A stretch of DNA of 64,000 bases from Tubulanus polymorphus (Eukaryota > Animalia > Nemertea): positions 2,822,485 to 2,886,484 of the forward strand of contig NC_134027.1 of assembly GCF_964204645.1 (NCBI RefSeq), given 5' to 3'. Under the pieces are notes generated by a model, which searched no databases, was not told where the DNA came from, and saw only the letters and a list, made by a program, of their open reading frames with translations. The position numbers and the translations under genes were made by a program. Of this stretch, positions 39,601 through 52,700 are shown piece after piece (the first letter of the stretch is position 1; the number at the start of each line of letters is the position of its first letter).

Positions 39601-42600
39601 ACGTCGCAAAAATCCTGCATTTATCTTATGCCACTCTTCGACGCCTCACGATCTTCTAGAAGATTAAAGACGAGACATTTTTCTAAGTGCAGCAACTGAA
39701 AAGGATATAGTCGTTGAAGTTGCTGCTAGTATATGATTATGGTGCGGTTTGGATCCACCTTCGCGTGTAAGAAGTTAAGATGGTTTGGTATTTCGTGAAA
39801 GCGCGCTATTTGTTGCATGCTGGTGTTTATTACACAAACGACAAGGGTCACGATCTATTGGGCTAACTCCATTTCAGGCGTCACCAATAACATTTCATCA
39901 CTGTTTACAAGCAGTATCTATACTCAGACAACCAAAGTGTTGTGAATTATCTGGGATATAAAACTCGAGTAATTGTCGGTTATTCGCTGTTCTAAAGGGG
40001 TCCATCACCTCTCTAGAGAGATATTTCATGTCGCCTTTATCACGGTGGATGTTTATGTAATTGGATTGCGATGTGAAAGTAAGTCAAACGTGACACGACA
40101 TTTGAATAACTGAATAAGAAAGAAAGCCGTCTAGCGTTTCTAGAGTAAATTGGGACATCTTACAAATGTTTTGCTATGAACATTGCATCGGAAGAAATAT
40201 TATCGTCTCTGACGCTGCGCATCTGTCGAGGCAATGATTCTACTCCTAGTATGAGTTCATTTATTGTGTTATTAACTTACCCTCTTCTTCTTCTTCATTG
40301 TCTGTCGGAGTTAATGGCTGAGTTGTTTTCTCTTTGAAATATTCTGTTCTGCTCGTAAACTTTTTTCGTAACTCTTTCAACCTTTCGCTCATAGCGCTAC
40401 TAACACCCGATAGGCTAAGCCTGAAAAAAGTTTTTGATAAAATGAATTATTCGTTTGAGGTCAAAGCGTTCCGCGATTCTCTTCCGGGCCAGATGAACAT
40501 GGAATAATTCTATATGTTACACCACTGTGTTATTGGGTTCCGATGAGTTAAGTCGTATCGTTGTTGCATCAAGAGAAAGGATTGACGAGGCTCATCGTTT
40601 TGATAGTAGGTGCTGCAAAATTTAGATCGCGAATCTTGCTTCTTGGTAGAATTGAATTCTAACACGAAGGCAAATCAATTATGAGGGCGATAATATCAGA
40701 GGTTTGTTGTCACAAAACGAATGAACGTGGTAAAGGTTAATTGAATATAATTCTGGCCGGCGTCTTCTGATATCATTCGTCGTATAGCAACCATGCTAAT
40801 TAAGTTACAATCGAGGGCTGGGAAATTATTGAAGACACTTCAACATGTCAATATCAATCGATGGCTAGAAACGCATATTGCACAGCTACATTATAGACAG
40901 TACGGAATTAATTTGATAATATTCCAATATTTTGACGGTAGTACTCATAATCTGAATATCGTTATTAGTTGATAAGCCGCAGTACGCGTAACAACCTGAC
41001 AGGTTGAATTAAACATACGCTCATCTCAATAGTCTTCATTAAGGCAGCTTCCCGTGCACTTCAGCCCTTTGATGATGTTAAAAATATATCGCTTCACTCG
41101 AAGCCTTTTTAGATAACTGATGGATGACGGATTTTTTGACAGCCACTTTTCCAGGGGAGGAGGGAAGAAAATATTTTTAAACTCGATTTTTTACCTTCAC
41201 CACCGGACATAAATTCACAGGAGGGAACATTCAGAAAACAAATTGGTTGAAAATATACATTGATCAAAAGCAGGATATTTATTAAGTATTAAATGTTCTC
41301 TGATTTGTCCACGATTTACAAACTGTATGCCTGTTACATGGTAACATGTTTCTTTAATCTCTATAACTTGGATGACGGATTTTTGATAGGTTCATTTCCA
41401 GGGCAGGAGGGAATAAATTCTCTTTTTCAACTGTCGTTTCTCCTTCATTTGTTCAAATATTTTTCATCGGCAGATCCGTCATTCAAGTTATCAAAAGGCC
41501 CTATGCAGCATGGTACAGGAAATCGTTGTAAACCTTCCGTTTCACTGTTTCTCAACTCTGGTATCCGGATAACTCGGTGAAATATTTACGTCCCCAACAC
41601 AATACTGAATAAAGCGGAGTCTACCGTAATAAAATAACGCTTCAATCATTAACTACTCATAATGAATGTCACGATGGGTTTCGATGGAGTTCATTTCAAT
41701 CGCGTTTGACGTGAGCCAATTTTCCGTCATGATATTTGAAACCTTTCTCCGAATTACAGGCACTTTTAGAAATGGCTGACAGAGCAATCAGACTTGATCG
41801 ATCAAATCAACCGAATAACGGAGAAAACCATCTTATTTCGGATCGCTCTGATCACTCTCAAGTTCAAATTTAGAAGCGATGGTTTGCAATCACAAAATAG
41901 ATGTAGCCAAAGGCCAACTGATCATTGGGTGAAACAGACTGGCACGCATTCAATCAGCTTCTCAAACAAATTCATCTGATCAAAGACTCGTTAACTGGCC
42001 ATGACAGCGTAGTTACGCTGCACGAACGCACAATTAGGTTAAAGGATGGTCGCTGCGGGCAGTGATGGAGCAAATATCGAGACACACATTCAACCCGAGC
42101 CCAGCATCTGACATGAAAGAATAAAAATATGTGTTATCATTGTCCGTTTACTTCAGACATGGCTGAGTATTATATATCTCAGCCATCCGTGTAGTTACTG
42201 CAGCGATTGAAGAACTGCCCGATTATTAGGAAGGCGGACACGCGAGAACAAATAGAACAGTCCTGGCAGTCCAAACTTTCTTCGAAGTGTCCCATTTTAC
42301 AAACAGGGACAGGCCCCCCGAATACGAAAACGACAACACGATTCTTTTTAAATTTCTGCTACGGTAAACTGTTTATGTTGGTAATATGGACGAGATAAAA
42401 AGGTTAGTCCTACGTCGATGCCAAAACTACATTTTCTGGTCATGTCTCAGCCTTTTGGATCATTCATTCCATCTTGTCAGCATTCGATCCGATCTCACGC
42501 TTATTGCATATCGATGCGAGAGTAATATAAACCTTCGCCAATCAAATCATGGCTGCGGTGGAAATAATCCCTTAATTTGTCAGCCGGGTGGGAATTATCC

Positions 42601-45099
42601 GAATTTTGCGATCGAAGGAATTTGAATTACCCTTCATCAATTTATCGCCGTATTGATTAGCATCTTCATAGATATGACAGTTACCAGTTTGATTCCACGT
42701 TGACAAAAAAAGAATCAACGACTATTTTCTACTATTGCTGTGGCACGATTTTCAGAAACGTGTACAATTTTGACATTGCGCATAAAATCGATCCATACGT
42801 GGGATTTTTTTCTAGAATAATTATTACATAATCATGAGACCAAGGGACGTTATCCATGTCGATGATTAGACGGTGAAAGATTATCAAGGGGGAAAACTGC
42901 TGCCACACAGCAGCCGGAGACACTGTCCCCGTGAGCTGATCAAATAACTGTCTGACTAGAACCAATACAAATCTTATAAACCTCATATTCCGACAAAATA
43001 TTACGCGTAAACGTGAAGCTCAAAGAAATCCTAAAATCTATGAAAATGCAACCAACCAAGTTCTTTAAATTATGCTAGAGGGAAATTACCGCTTTCGCAG
43101 CCAGGTGATAAATTATCAACGGAGACAAAATCTGTTCAAATGCAGCTTCCTTTTATCTAAAGCCTGATTCAACTGAATTCGAAAACGTGTTGCCATCAAT
43201 ATTCAAGATAACGTTATGTTACACTCGCAGCGGCTGTTCGTTTTATGGAGTTGACATTTATTCAATACTTCTCGTCGTGTTCCGGGTATCTCTGACAGAC
43301 GAAATTTGATAAATGATGACGCTTCTCTGCTTCCCCTTATATCTTTGGGAATTTAAAATCGAAGATGTTTAACGAGTGAATTCATTGATAACGTCGTCTT
43401 CAATGATGGGGCTTATATCTGAATGTAGTATATCACAGCATTTATATACTACTAACAGCAAAAAGCTGAGCAAATTTGTCAACTGCTCCGCGCTCCTAAA
43501 GCTTTACAATGCGACTTCTCAGATGTTTACCTCATATACAACTTGAGACCCACTGTCATTAGGGCACAAATATTTCAGATTGGTTTTCATTTGTGGGGTT
43601 GAGTAATGACTTCCTGTGGTAATGGTTTTCAAGCATTGAATTATGACAAACTACGGCATGTAAGCTATGGTAGTATATCATCAACGTCTTTTCATTTTTA
43701 TGTGTCTTTGATATATTGTTCATGCTGCCATAACAATGCCACTTTACAGAAAAATCACTAAAAGGCTTGATGCGTATCGCGGAATCGTTAAAGCTGGGCT
43801 GACACATACATCATGATATTTCGGATGGCTATTCAGTTAGTGTTCAGATCTTGGTCCCTCGACAAGTGAGTCAACTATACGTCTTCCCCGGACATTTAAG
43901 ATGTTACGGCCTAAGTTTATACGTACGAGCTGTCAAATAAAACATCAGCTGGAATTATGACCAGTCTCCGCGGATGATGAAATCTGTGAATGTATTTGTA
44001 ACGCACTTTCCAGTGTATATGGATGATTTCGCTCACGGAGATATCCCCACTGCACCATTAGATATAATCACAAAGTACATGCCCAGTGATGAAACTAAAC
44101 CTAACCTCGATTAAAACGTCAATAGCTCATTCGATCGGAATAGAAATAGTCATAATGGCAAACGGCATTACGATCGAGTCTGATGATTCAATAAAAATCT
44201 GATAGTTTATAATTTAGTTTTTTTTCTAAATGCCATGGTATATAATAATATTTGGGACCGTTTTCAATCAATAAGCAATTTCAAATTGTTTCTATCCGAT
44301 CACAATTTGTTGTCGTTCGATCAAATAGTTATTGATTTTCTGTCGATGATAAAAGTATTCAGTCAATCATACCGTATGCTTATTTCAAAACGCGTTATAT
44401 CAAGCTTTACCGTCGTTCGAGCCCCTCATTAATGAGAGTTCAAACCGAGGTTTTAACTACACATATTTTCGCAGTTCATCTCCCTTTCACTAAATTACCA
44501 GCATCGATTTGGTCGATGGTGTAACAAATCACCAAAACGTCGCGGTAAGTAGTTCTGACTATTTTCGGTTAGTACAGTTCACTTCAAGTGATGTCGAACT
44601 GAAATCTGATCAATACCCAATTTTAACCGAGGTCCCGAATGTATCATTACATGAGGATATAAAACACATTCGACATTTACAGCACAGTCAGTTCTGGAGA
44701 TCGATTGATTTGATGCTGGATTATAATGTCACCAAGCGACAGATACGTAATAGACTTAGGAAGGTAGTTCTCAATAGCCGTCAGTCTGTCAGGTTCTTAT
44801 TCCAATAGAGATCACTTTATTTTGCATTTTATTGTCGGCGAGGAGAATGCATATCGTGTTGTCAGATACTTACGTAGAGCTAGAGTTACTTCGGATCGAA
44901 CTGGCAGATCCGGGTTTCTTTTTGAGTCGCAGCAGTTCACTCCACGACGACTTGCTGCTGGGACTCTGAACCGGGGTCGGAATCTCCAGCGATGCATCGC
45001 TCTCTATTTTGATCGTATGAACTGTTTGTCCGCGACGTACGGCTAATTTCTGAGGGTCGGCAGGAGAATTTGGACTTCCAAGACTATGTCTCCTCAAAC
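33607..45099 (-). CDS. Cyclic nucleotide-gated channel beta subunit (CNGB1/CNGB3/TAX-2 type); 5' end not resolved
   Basis: About 17 in-frame exons: 45099-44874, 40400-40281, 38058-37882, 37498-37273, 37176-37126, 37047-36961, 36686-36622, 36437-36303, 36203-35902, 35782-35685, 35604-35521, 35400-35282, 35184-35038, then about 34924-34813, 34743-34498, 34324-34153, 34071-33607. S1 [19 protein letters not shown]; pore [11 protein letters not shown] lacking the CNGA glutamate; [35 protein letters not shown]. Confidence 0.92.
36876..36915 (+). repeat. Imperfect (GA)n microsatellite in a CNG channel intron
   Basis: GGAAGAGAGAGAGAGAGGGAGAGATAGGGAGAGAGAGAG. Confidence 0.85.
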
Positions 45100-47309
45100 C
45101 TGAAAATAAATAGAAAGGTGTCGGTTAAGATAGAAATATTGCAAAAAAAACATACAAATAATCTATTCATGTCAGTATTTCAATATAAAAGAAATAGTTG
45201 CAATCGATTTCGGATAAGTTTGTAGAATCGATCGAATTGAGATACGTGAAGCACATTTTCGCATGAAATCAGTGCAGAAAATATTCATCGGAGATAAAAA
45301 GTAAAATCACCCAAACGTAACAAAATCTGCATCAGGAAAACTGGTTAGTTATACAGCGAAAAACGAATAGTTTTGAATTAACGCATGAATGAACTGAAGT
45401 TGCCAGTATGGTGATGCGGCACACATTCTGTGAGAGTATTTATTCACTTGAATAACTTCATCCCCCATATATCCTGCGTCATTTACCCGCCATAAATCCA
45501 TCGTTCGCCGAGAAACAATCGCTCTACAGATGAGAAGACGAAAAGACAATCTACGACCGACAACGATTCTTTGATCAGAAAATGTAATGCTTCATACAAC
45601 ACGACCTATGTATAAATCATACTCGATAAGGATATATAGAATATATACAAACTGAATCAACATGAACGAAACGAACAGAAAACTGTCAGGATATGATAAG
45701 ATGATCACTACCAAATTGAGAAGGTTTTCTTATAAGGGCCAAGCCTAACTGCCGCTTCTGCAAGCAGCCAAGCAGTAAAACAAGGGAAGAGCAACATGAG
45801 AAAGAAAATGGAGGTTGGAGATAATTGATTATGAATGTGATTTAGGAATAAGTTTAACATAATAATTCAACCATTTCACAACTCACTACGAGTAACGACA
45901 AGACACAGATTTTGGGCAAAAAACTAGACTCAAATATTCTTAATTCTCGTCTCCAAATTCCTATTAGCGACTATTATCGTTGACAGATCTCGAGGAGACA
46001 TAATACAGTTTTGACATAGTGACAGTGGAGATAGAGAGAAAGAGAGACCGGTAATAGATTAATATTTGTCTCGGCTTGATACAAGTCACCAATAATTGGA
46101 GCATGTAGCCTAACACAGGAATTCACGTCCAAGCCATAGAAATAATCACCTGTGCGCCAGGCTCAATTTATTTCTATCAAGTAGCCCTACAACAATTTTC
46201 CTGCGTTGCCAGGTAACATCATTTCATCAGTCCCGTGTAGATAACAAGATTTGTATGTGCGAAAGCTTATCAACTGACAAGCTACAAATCCCATTTGTTG
46301 AAATCAGTAGATTGCCCTCGTGGACCGTGGCGGCTTGTACAGAAATCGCGCACCCCATGAGACAAACGGGACGATCAATGCCGCATCGTTCTAAATTAAC
46401 GACGAAACACTGTTGGTCGAGTGACATGATTAAGGGCATCACACGTATTCGCTTTGAATATTTTTATTTCTAAATCCCGCATGTAGTTTTTGAATATCAT
46501 ATCAATCTGAATATCATATTAATCAAGGAGAGAAGTCGCTAGGACGCAAGGGACGGCGACAATAGATGAGCGTCTTAGGATTTCTGACTTCAACGATATA
46601 CATTTAGAATATTCTGCATATTAAAATTGTTGAAAGGGATGATTGGAAAATTCGTCCTATATTCCTTTATTCGGTATCGTTTTGTGGGTAAATTCTCAAC
46701 TCATTTCTTTTAACCGCTACGGACCTTCTCTCCGTAAACCATGTTATCTAATGTTGTTATGCTCATTTTTATGAAAGGTTCACCCACTAGAACTCGATTA
46801 TTACCACGGATAATAAATACATCAACCGATAAAAATACCGAATGATACATGATTTTTCAATTAACATCGTGTTAGAAAGAGCATATATAATTGATAAATC
46901 ATGGGCGTATAGATGTCATTATTTTGCCAATTGATATTTGATCATTCGTTATATAGCATAAACACTGACTTTTTATGGTTGGAATTTTCTGCGCTTTGTG
47001 ACAGTGTATCAGTCGGTACACTCGACATCATCACAAAAACCGTCGACAAAGACAACGATTTAATGTTTCCGTTTATTTGAAGGTTTTATCGACGCATTCG
47101 TTCTGATTAACGTCGAGTTTCTTTGATGACGCGAATTTTCACTGATTGCGATTAACATAAGACTTTCGTGTTCACGGGGTGCAGCCCAACCTAGAGCGGT
47201 CCAAAACACTTACTACTCGTCAATATCTACATATCTTAATCAATCTAGGTCGTGAGATCGATTAAGATCTCAAATCAATTTCGACATCTTTTCAATCACT
47301 GTATTCAGT

Positions 47310-47463
47310 AAAGCCCAACGCACACGGCACCGAAAAAACGTTTTTTTCCTCGTAATAAAAACGTTTTCGATATTTTTTATTATGCCGTGCGCATTTTTTT
47401 TCTGAAAAAAAACGTGTTTTCTGTTTCGGCGAAACAAATGTTTTGCCGTGTGCGTTGGGCTTT
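47310..47463. mobile_element. MITE of about 154 bp with perfect 20-bp terminal inverted repeats
   Basis: AAAGCCCAACGCACACGGCA ... TGCCGTGTGCGTTGGGCTTT, with CAGT directly flanking both sides; internal AAAAACGTTTT motifs. Confidence 0.8.
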
Positions 47464-48602
47464 CAGTTTAAATGATAGTGGCTATTAGATTTTTCATCAA
47501 AAATCAGTAAATCAGAAAATGCACTATTCAACTTATTGTCGATTTAGGGGGAACTATATGAGTTGACCGGTGATCTCTCGACCGAATTATCAAATAATTC
47601 TCAATCTGCTTAATAAGCAAGTTTTTGGTCTGAAATCGATTATTTACTAATTTCACCTCTATCTTGTTTGTTTTCTAGGTGTGTTGAAACAGACAATTAT
47701 CATTACTGTGGAATAGAATTTAATCAAATTTCGCAGCCAGAAAACTGAAAAACCAGACTTTGATGAATGGTCTGTTTAATATCGACAGATTGCGCTATTA
47801 TTTCATATAATCTAATAACAACTGTCACGTTTAAGCGTCAGTATTTGATTACTTTCAAATATCGGAGGTAAAACAGTTCGATTTGTATAGCCCACAAGTG
47901 AAACCTGTGCGAGGCAAAACTGTATTTCAAAAATCCAATTATGGAACAATAAAATGCAACCTGTTGTAAAAGCATTAAATTAGAATTTCACACGTGTTGG
48001 TAAAATCAGCAATTTTCAATCGCGTTATTTCGGTGAAACTTGTAAGAACTTGTATTATGGAATATATATTCTGAGGAAGCAAGCGGGGTCTGATCAGTGT
48101 CAGTGTATATATATGATGGTACGTATATGTCTCATTGTAGGATCGTTCTCCAATATGAAATATATGGACGATGTAAAAACGTGTGATTTTATAGTTCAGA
48201 ATGTAACGAGGAGCTTGACAATTCAAAGGTGTCGCCCTTTGTGATAGCGGGAATTGTCTATCGGTATGAATTATAATGCTAACCGTTGAGGAACATTTTA
48301 AGTGATCAATACTTTCAATTCTACCCAGGATCACGACATATTTAGAATTTCATGCAATCGATGTTTCCGTTCATTGTCAGGCTAGAAATAATTGATGCAT
48401 ATTTGCGAATGTTTCCTGATGTACCGCGCGTGCAGTTAGTTCAGCTTATCGCGTGTAACTTACATTAAATCTATATCCGCACATCAAATCGTGACAAGTT
48501 CCTTTAGCTAATCGCTATCTATCTATCTATTCTTTGTAATAAAAGGGAATGAGTTTTTTTTTATCATAATGACGATGAAGTTGTTTCAAATTTCAGCAAC
48601 AA

Positions 48603-49712
48603 ATGCCTCGAATTCGCCGACGGTCCTTGTTTTACTTGACGATCATAATTGGTTTCGTCGTGTTCACGAGTTTGATCATCCGCGAGTCTGGATTCGACGA
48701 AAACGTGCGCAGGAAACAGGAACGAGCCGGACATGATTACGGCGACGAGGAGATTGATGATAGCGATGTACTATACGCGAAAGAAACCGCAAATAATAAC
48801 GAAGATCTTGGTATAGAAGAGGGTGAGTTAACCGGCGAGGCAGAAGAAACTAAACTCGGAAATTTACAACATGAACTATTCGCACAACATAACAATATTC
48901 GACTGACGCGAAATCGAAGCGGTCTCGGTTTCAAAATTCCCGATTTGCGAATAAAACAAGATATGACGTTAGATTTAACGCGATATATGATAAGCGAAGA
49001 AGAACGGCGCACCCTGGCAACGCTTCTGAAGCGGTTTTCAACGGTTGCCGATTCGTTAGCGTCCACTTGGTTTTTGTACGGAGGCACGTTACTCGGATCG
49101 TGGCGTCATCACGGTATCATACCGTGGCACGACACTGTCGATGTTCTAGTCAATGTAACGGCGAGGGATGAATTGTACAACGCGCTAAAACAACAATTGG
49201 CTCCGGAAAACGAAGTGGTAGATGCTGGAAATCAGCTACGTTTATCATCGGTGAAAAAGTCTCAACCTGTCAACGGTACGAACAACGTTAAATGGCCATA
49301 CGTCTTGATTTCCTTTTTTGATCAAAATAAAACGCACTTGTGGGATAGCGATCCGCGCTTCTGGTATATAAAATATCCTTTGAATCATTTGTTACCGCTA
49401 CATTCTCGCCCGCTACATAAACGCTGGTACTATTGTCCGAGAGACACGATACGATTTCTACAAACGATGTACAAGGGCAAGCTAGATAAATGTTCAACAG
49501 GCGCGTTCAGTCACAAATATCAAACCAGTTTCAAAGTCGTTCAGGTCAAATGCGAAGAATTAAAACATCTACTGCCGTTTGTACATAGGAAATTCACGGA
49601 TGGAAAAATGACCGAAACGTTGAAAATCGGTGAAATAATAATCCACGAATTTCGTGTTTCCGAACAAAATAACTCGGTTACAGATCCTTACACGCTCGCG
49701 ATTTACTCATAA
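48603..49712 (+). CDS. LicD/FKRP (fukutin-related) nucleotidyltransferase-fold type II membrane protein with degenerate catalytic motif
   Basis: 369-aa intact ORF preceded by acceptor TTTCAG; basic N-tail plus TM helix (MPRIRRRSLFYLTIIIGFVVFTSLII), acidic stem, LicD motif WFLYGGTLLGSWRHHGIIPWHDTVDVLV, later WPYVLISFF, LLPLHSRPL, CSTGAFSHK. Confidence 0.85.
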   Translation: MPRIRRRSLFYLTIIIGFVVFTSLIIRESGFDENVRRKQERAGHDYGDEEIDDSDVLYAKETANNNEDLGIEEGELTGEAEETKLGNLQHELFAQHNNIRLTRNRSGLGFKIPDLRIKQDMTLDLTRYMISEEERRTLATLLKRFSTVADSLASTWFLYGGTLLGSWRHHGIIPWHDTVDVLVNVTARDELYNALKQQLAPENEVVDAGNQLRLSSVKKSQPVNGTNNVKWPYVLISFFDQNKTHLWDSDPRFWYIKYPLNHLLPLHSRPLHKRWYYCPRDTIRFLQTMYKGKLDKCSTGAFSHKYQTSFKVVQVKCEELKHLLPFVHRKFTDGKMTETLKIGEIIIHEFRVSEQNNSVTDPYTLAIYS

Positions 49713-52700
49713 ATATAACCTATATCTGCTACGAATCTAAATTAGATTAATTAGGAATATTTGTGGAAATTATAATTCAAGTACTTTTAACTCTTAAAAT
49801 AAAGTCGAAGTATATACATGTCAGTAGCTTTATCATAATCTGTCAGTATTTAGCTACGAGATGATTAACGATTTCATTAATATATGTTATATATTGATAG
49901 ATGAGCTAAGTTTCAAAGCTTAAGCTCAGATCATCCTTTATTCGGTCAACTGGAACTTAACGTCGCCAATCAATCAAACATTCGTTGAACCAAAATGTAG
50001 TCCATCGTCGATAACTGGATTAAACGGTGACCTAATAGTGGCAGGGGTTCGCGCGCTCTTTTATTCACTACTTTAGTATTTGAAAATGAAAAATACAACT
50101 CGTTTGTTTGTGAATGATTTCAGATACGGTATAAACTCTGAAAAAAGATACGCATTCTTTGATGCGTATATTGCGATTTCCATCAGCGAACGATGTACTT
50201 TATTGCATATATATTTGGGAATTTTTCTATTGAAGACGTGGAATGACTATTCATTAAGATGTTCCTTACCGCGCAGGGTTTATTTCATATCCATCAGTCC
50301 TGTACCGATACAAATAATGCATGAAAGCAATGAATACTGTGGTGTATGATGCACAGATATCAGATATTTTTTCTTGAAATCTGATATCAATGTGAGATTT
50401 TTTCATGAAACGAGAGATTTTCTTGTACGGCACAAATTAGCGTCATTTTGCTTGGCTATTATACGACGACTATTCACAGGTATTTTCTTGAAGATATTTT
50501 CTTATCAAAACTAGTAGGAACTTTCTGAGAAATAAGATAAAATAAAGATAACAAAAATACAAAGAATCGTTTTAAAACAAAGAATCTTTTTATCTCAGTT
50601 TCTGGATTACGGTAGCATTTTACTCGGAGAATTCTGAATCCCCAAAGGAATTCCTTTACGAAATGCGATCCCTCCTTTTATTTGAAATGTTCTCTCGAGG
50701 TCTGTCTCATTTTCAGTACGATTATTTTCAATACATCAACTACATAAATCATGAAATAAATCTACAAAGTTTAAGTCCCGACTGAGATTTCCACATTTCT
50801 ATGGACAGCAGAGGTTTATCAGAAACTAAGTATTCCCATCGTTATTTTACTGAATGATTTGAAAGTTTAAATGAAGCTGACAATATTGAACACGCGGATA
50901 CATACCGACTATAGTGACTACACCATCTACTGACCATGATTTCCTCACTGGTTTACAATAAACTACCGTATCCATTAGAGGTGGGGCCATCATCATCATG
51001 GTTCGAACCCGTTTCAATCACCGCATTAGAAACATCTTAACCTTACATGATTTCTGTTCATAGAAGATTCGGACGTTTTCATCCGGATTAGCTCGAAATC
51101 TGAACAGACCAAAATGGTCGATCTTTCGAAAAGTAAATTTCTTTCGATTATCGAAATCGTCGTATAATCCAATACGTTCCTGGGTGTCGCCTATCAAAAA
51201 TTCATAAAATGATAAATTTTCCGAGTGTGCTCTGTAGTGCATCACGCGCAAAGTTTCCAACAGAACGGGTGAGCCGAGAGAGCGAGCAGCAACCGCGGTG
51301 AGGACAGTTCATCGCTGACTACAGACAGATGTAGCGCTCTCCCCACACGTGGTTGACGACTCAATAACCCATCAGTTCACACTATCAACAGTACACTACT
51401 TACTACCTGTTATAGTTGTGGATATATTGACTTGATACAGAGACCTGTCAACTGGACGTCACGATCATTCAATACAACTGAAATAAGTCAAACTCCATCC
51501 GAAGTTATCAAGTTTACATCGTGACACTGATGTTAATAGAACCTGATTAAAATCAGCAGATCCACGAATCATTATAACGCGGACATTGAATTCCTGTAAA
51601 TCGATTGTATTCAGCATTAATCATTATTACGAAAGTTGATAGAGAAAATTGATAAATTCGTTGAATATAGCCTATCGTGTTTGTTTGTCAATTAGTTACT
51701 CAAATATACAATATATATAACATTAAAATGGGTGGATATTTGACCACGAAAATTGAGAAAGTAAATCAAACGCCCAAATCATCGACCGTAGCACGAGTGG
51801 GGAAAACGAATTCTTCAATTAATGGTCACCGTGGTTACGTTCTGACACTTGTCAGAAAAACCAGATTCCCGATGACCGTTACTGGCGTGAGTAGAGACAT
51901 ATCGACAAAACCATCCATCACTGACACACTGATGATCGACCGCTTATCCGACCAACATGAGTTAATGCACAACTTCCTAAACCTCTAAAATGTGAAACTT
52001 GGCGAAATCCGCCTCTTCGATGACAAATCCCAAGCATCGCCATCGCTGACACGATTTCATGACCTGAGAGTATGATTATTTGTACGCGACCTAGCGCTGT
52101 TCAATTATTGCACATATTATTGCGGTTGTTGAGAGCTATAACAATTATAACAAACACATCTTTTAGAATAGAAACGTGACAAATGTATTCACGCAGCAGT
52201 TATCGGGGATTTAAGGGATTTTAAAGATATTTTCTACTTTTCAAAACGTCATATTCCACAAATAGCGGTTGCCAAGTAACCTTAATCCTAAAATATTGGA
52301 AGCTTTCTGTTCGGCTTAAGATACAATTACACTTCTTATTTATTGTTGGTTTTTCGATTTCAACTATCGGATCACTGCGTAATCCTAGACGAACTCAATA
52401 ATCTACAAAAATGCGTTCATCATTCCAGCAGCAATTCTTTTCGTTTCTGAAATTGATCTGATATAAAAGTTCCCGAAGCGGTCGATGGACCGAGCTCGGT
52501 AAGAAGAGACTGTTTTCCTAAAATTCTATTACGATACCAGATTACAAGCCAATTATAGTCAAGACTAAGATGGATGTAAAAGTTAGCGCGCATTACTGAT
52601 ATGAATGGCAGATGTTGTCATCTAAATTTCCACTCGAATAATTTCTGACGCTCCAGTGACGTCATGAATATATCGATGCCGAAAAATTACCCGGTAAGTT

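Noticed and set aside
41112-41420. About 55-bp imperfect direct repeat (GGATGACGGATTTTT...CCAGGG..GGAGGGAA) in a CNG intron
   Set aside because: Old degenerate local duplication with no structural or coding signal.
48603-49712. Intronless LicD ORF as bacterial contamination or recent transfer
   Set aside because: It has a eukaryotic type II membrane anchor, a splice acceptor just before the ATG, and composition like neighbouring exons; animals have LicD-domain families.
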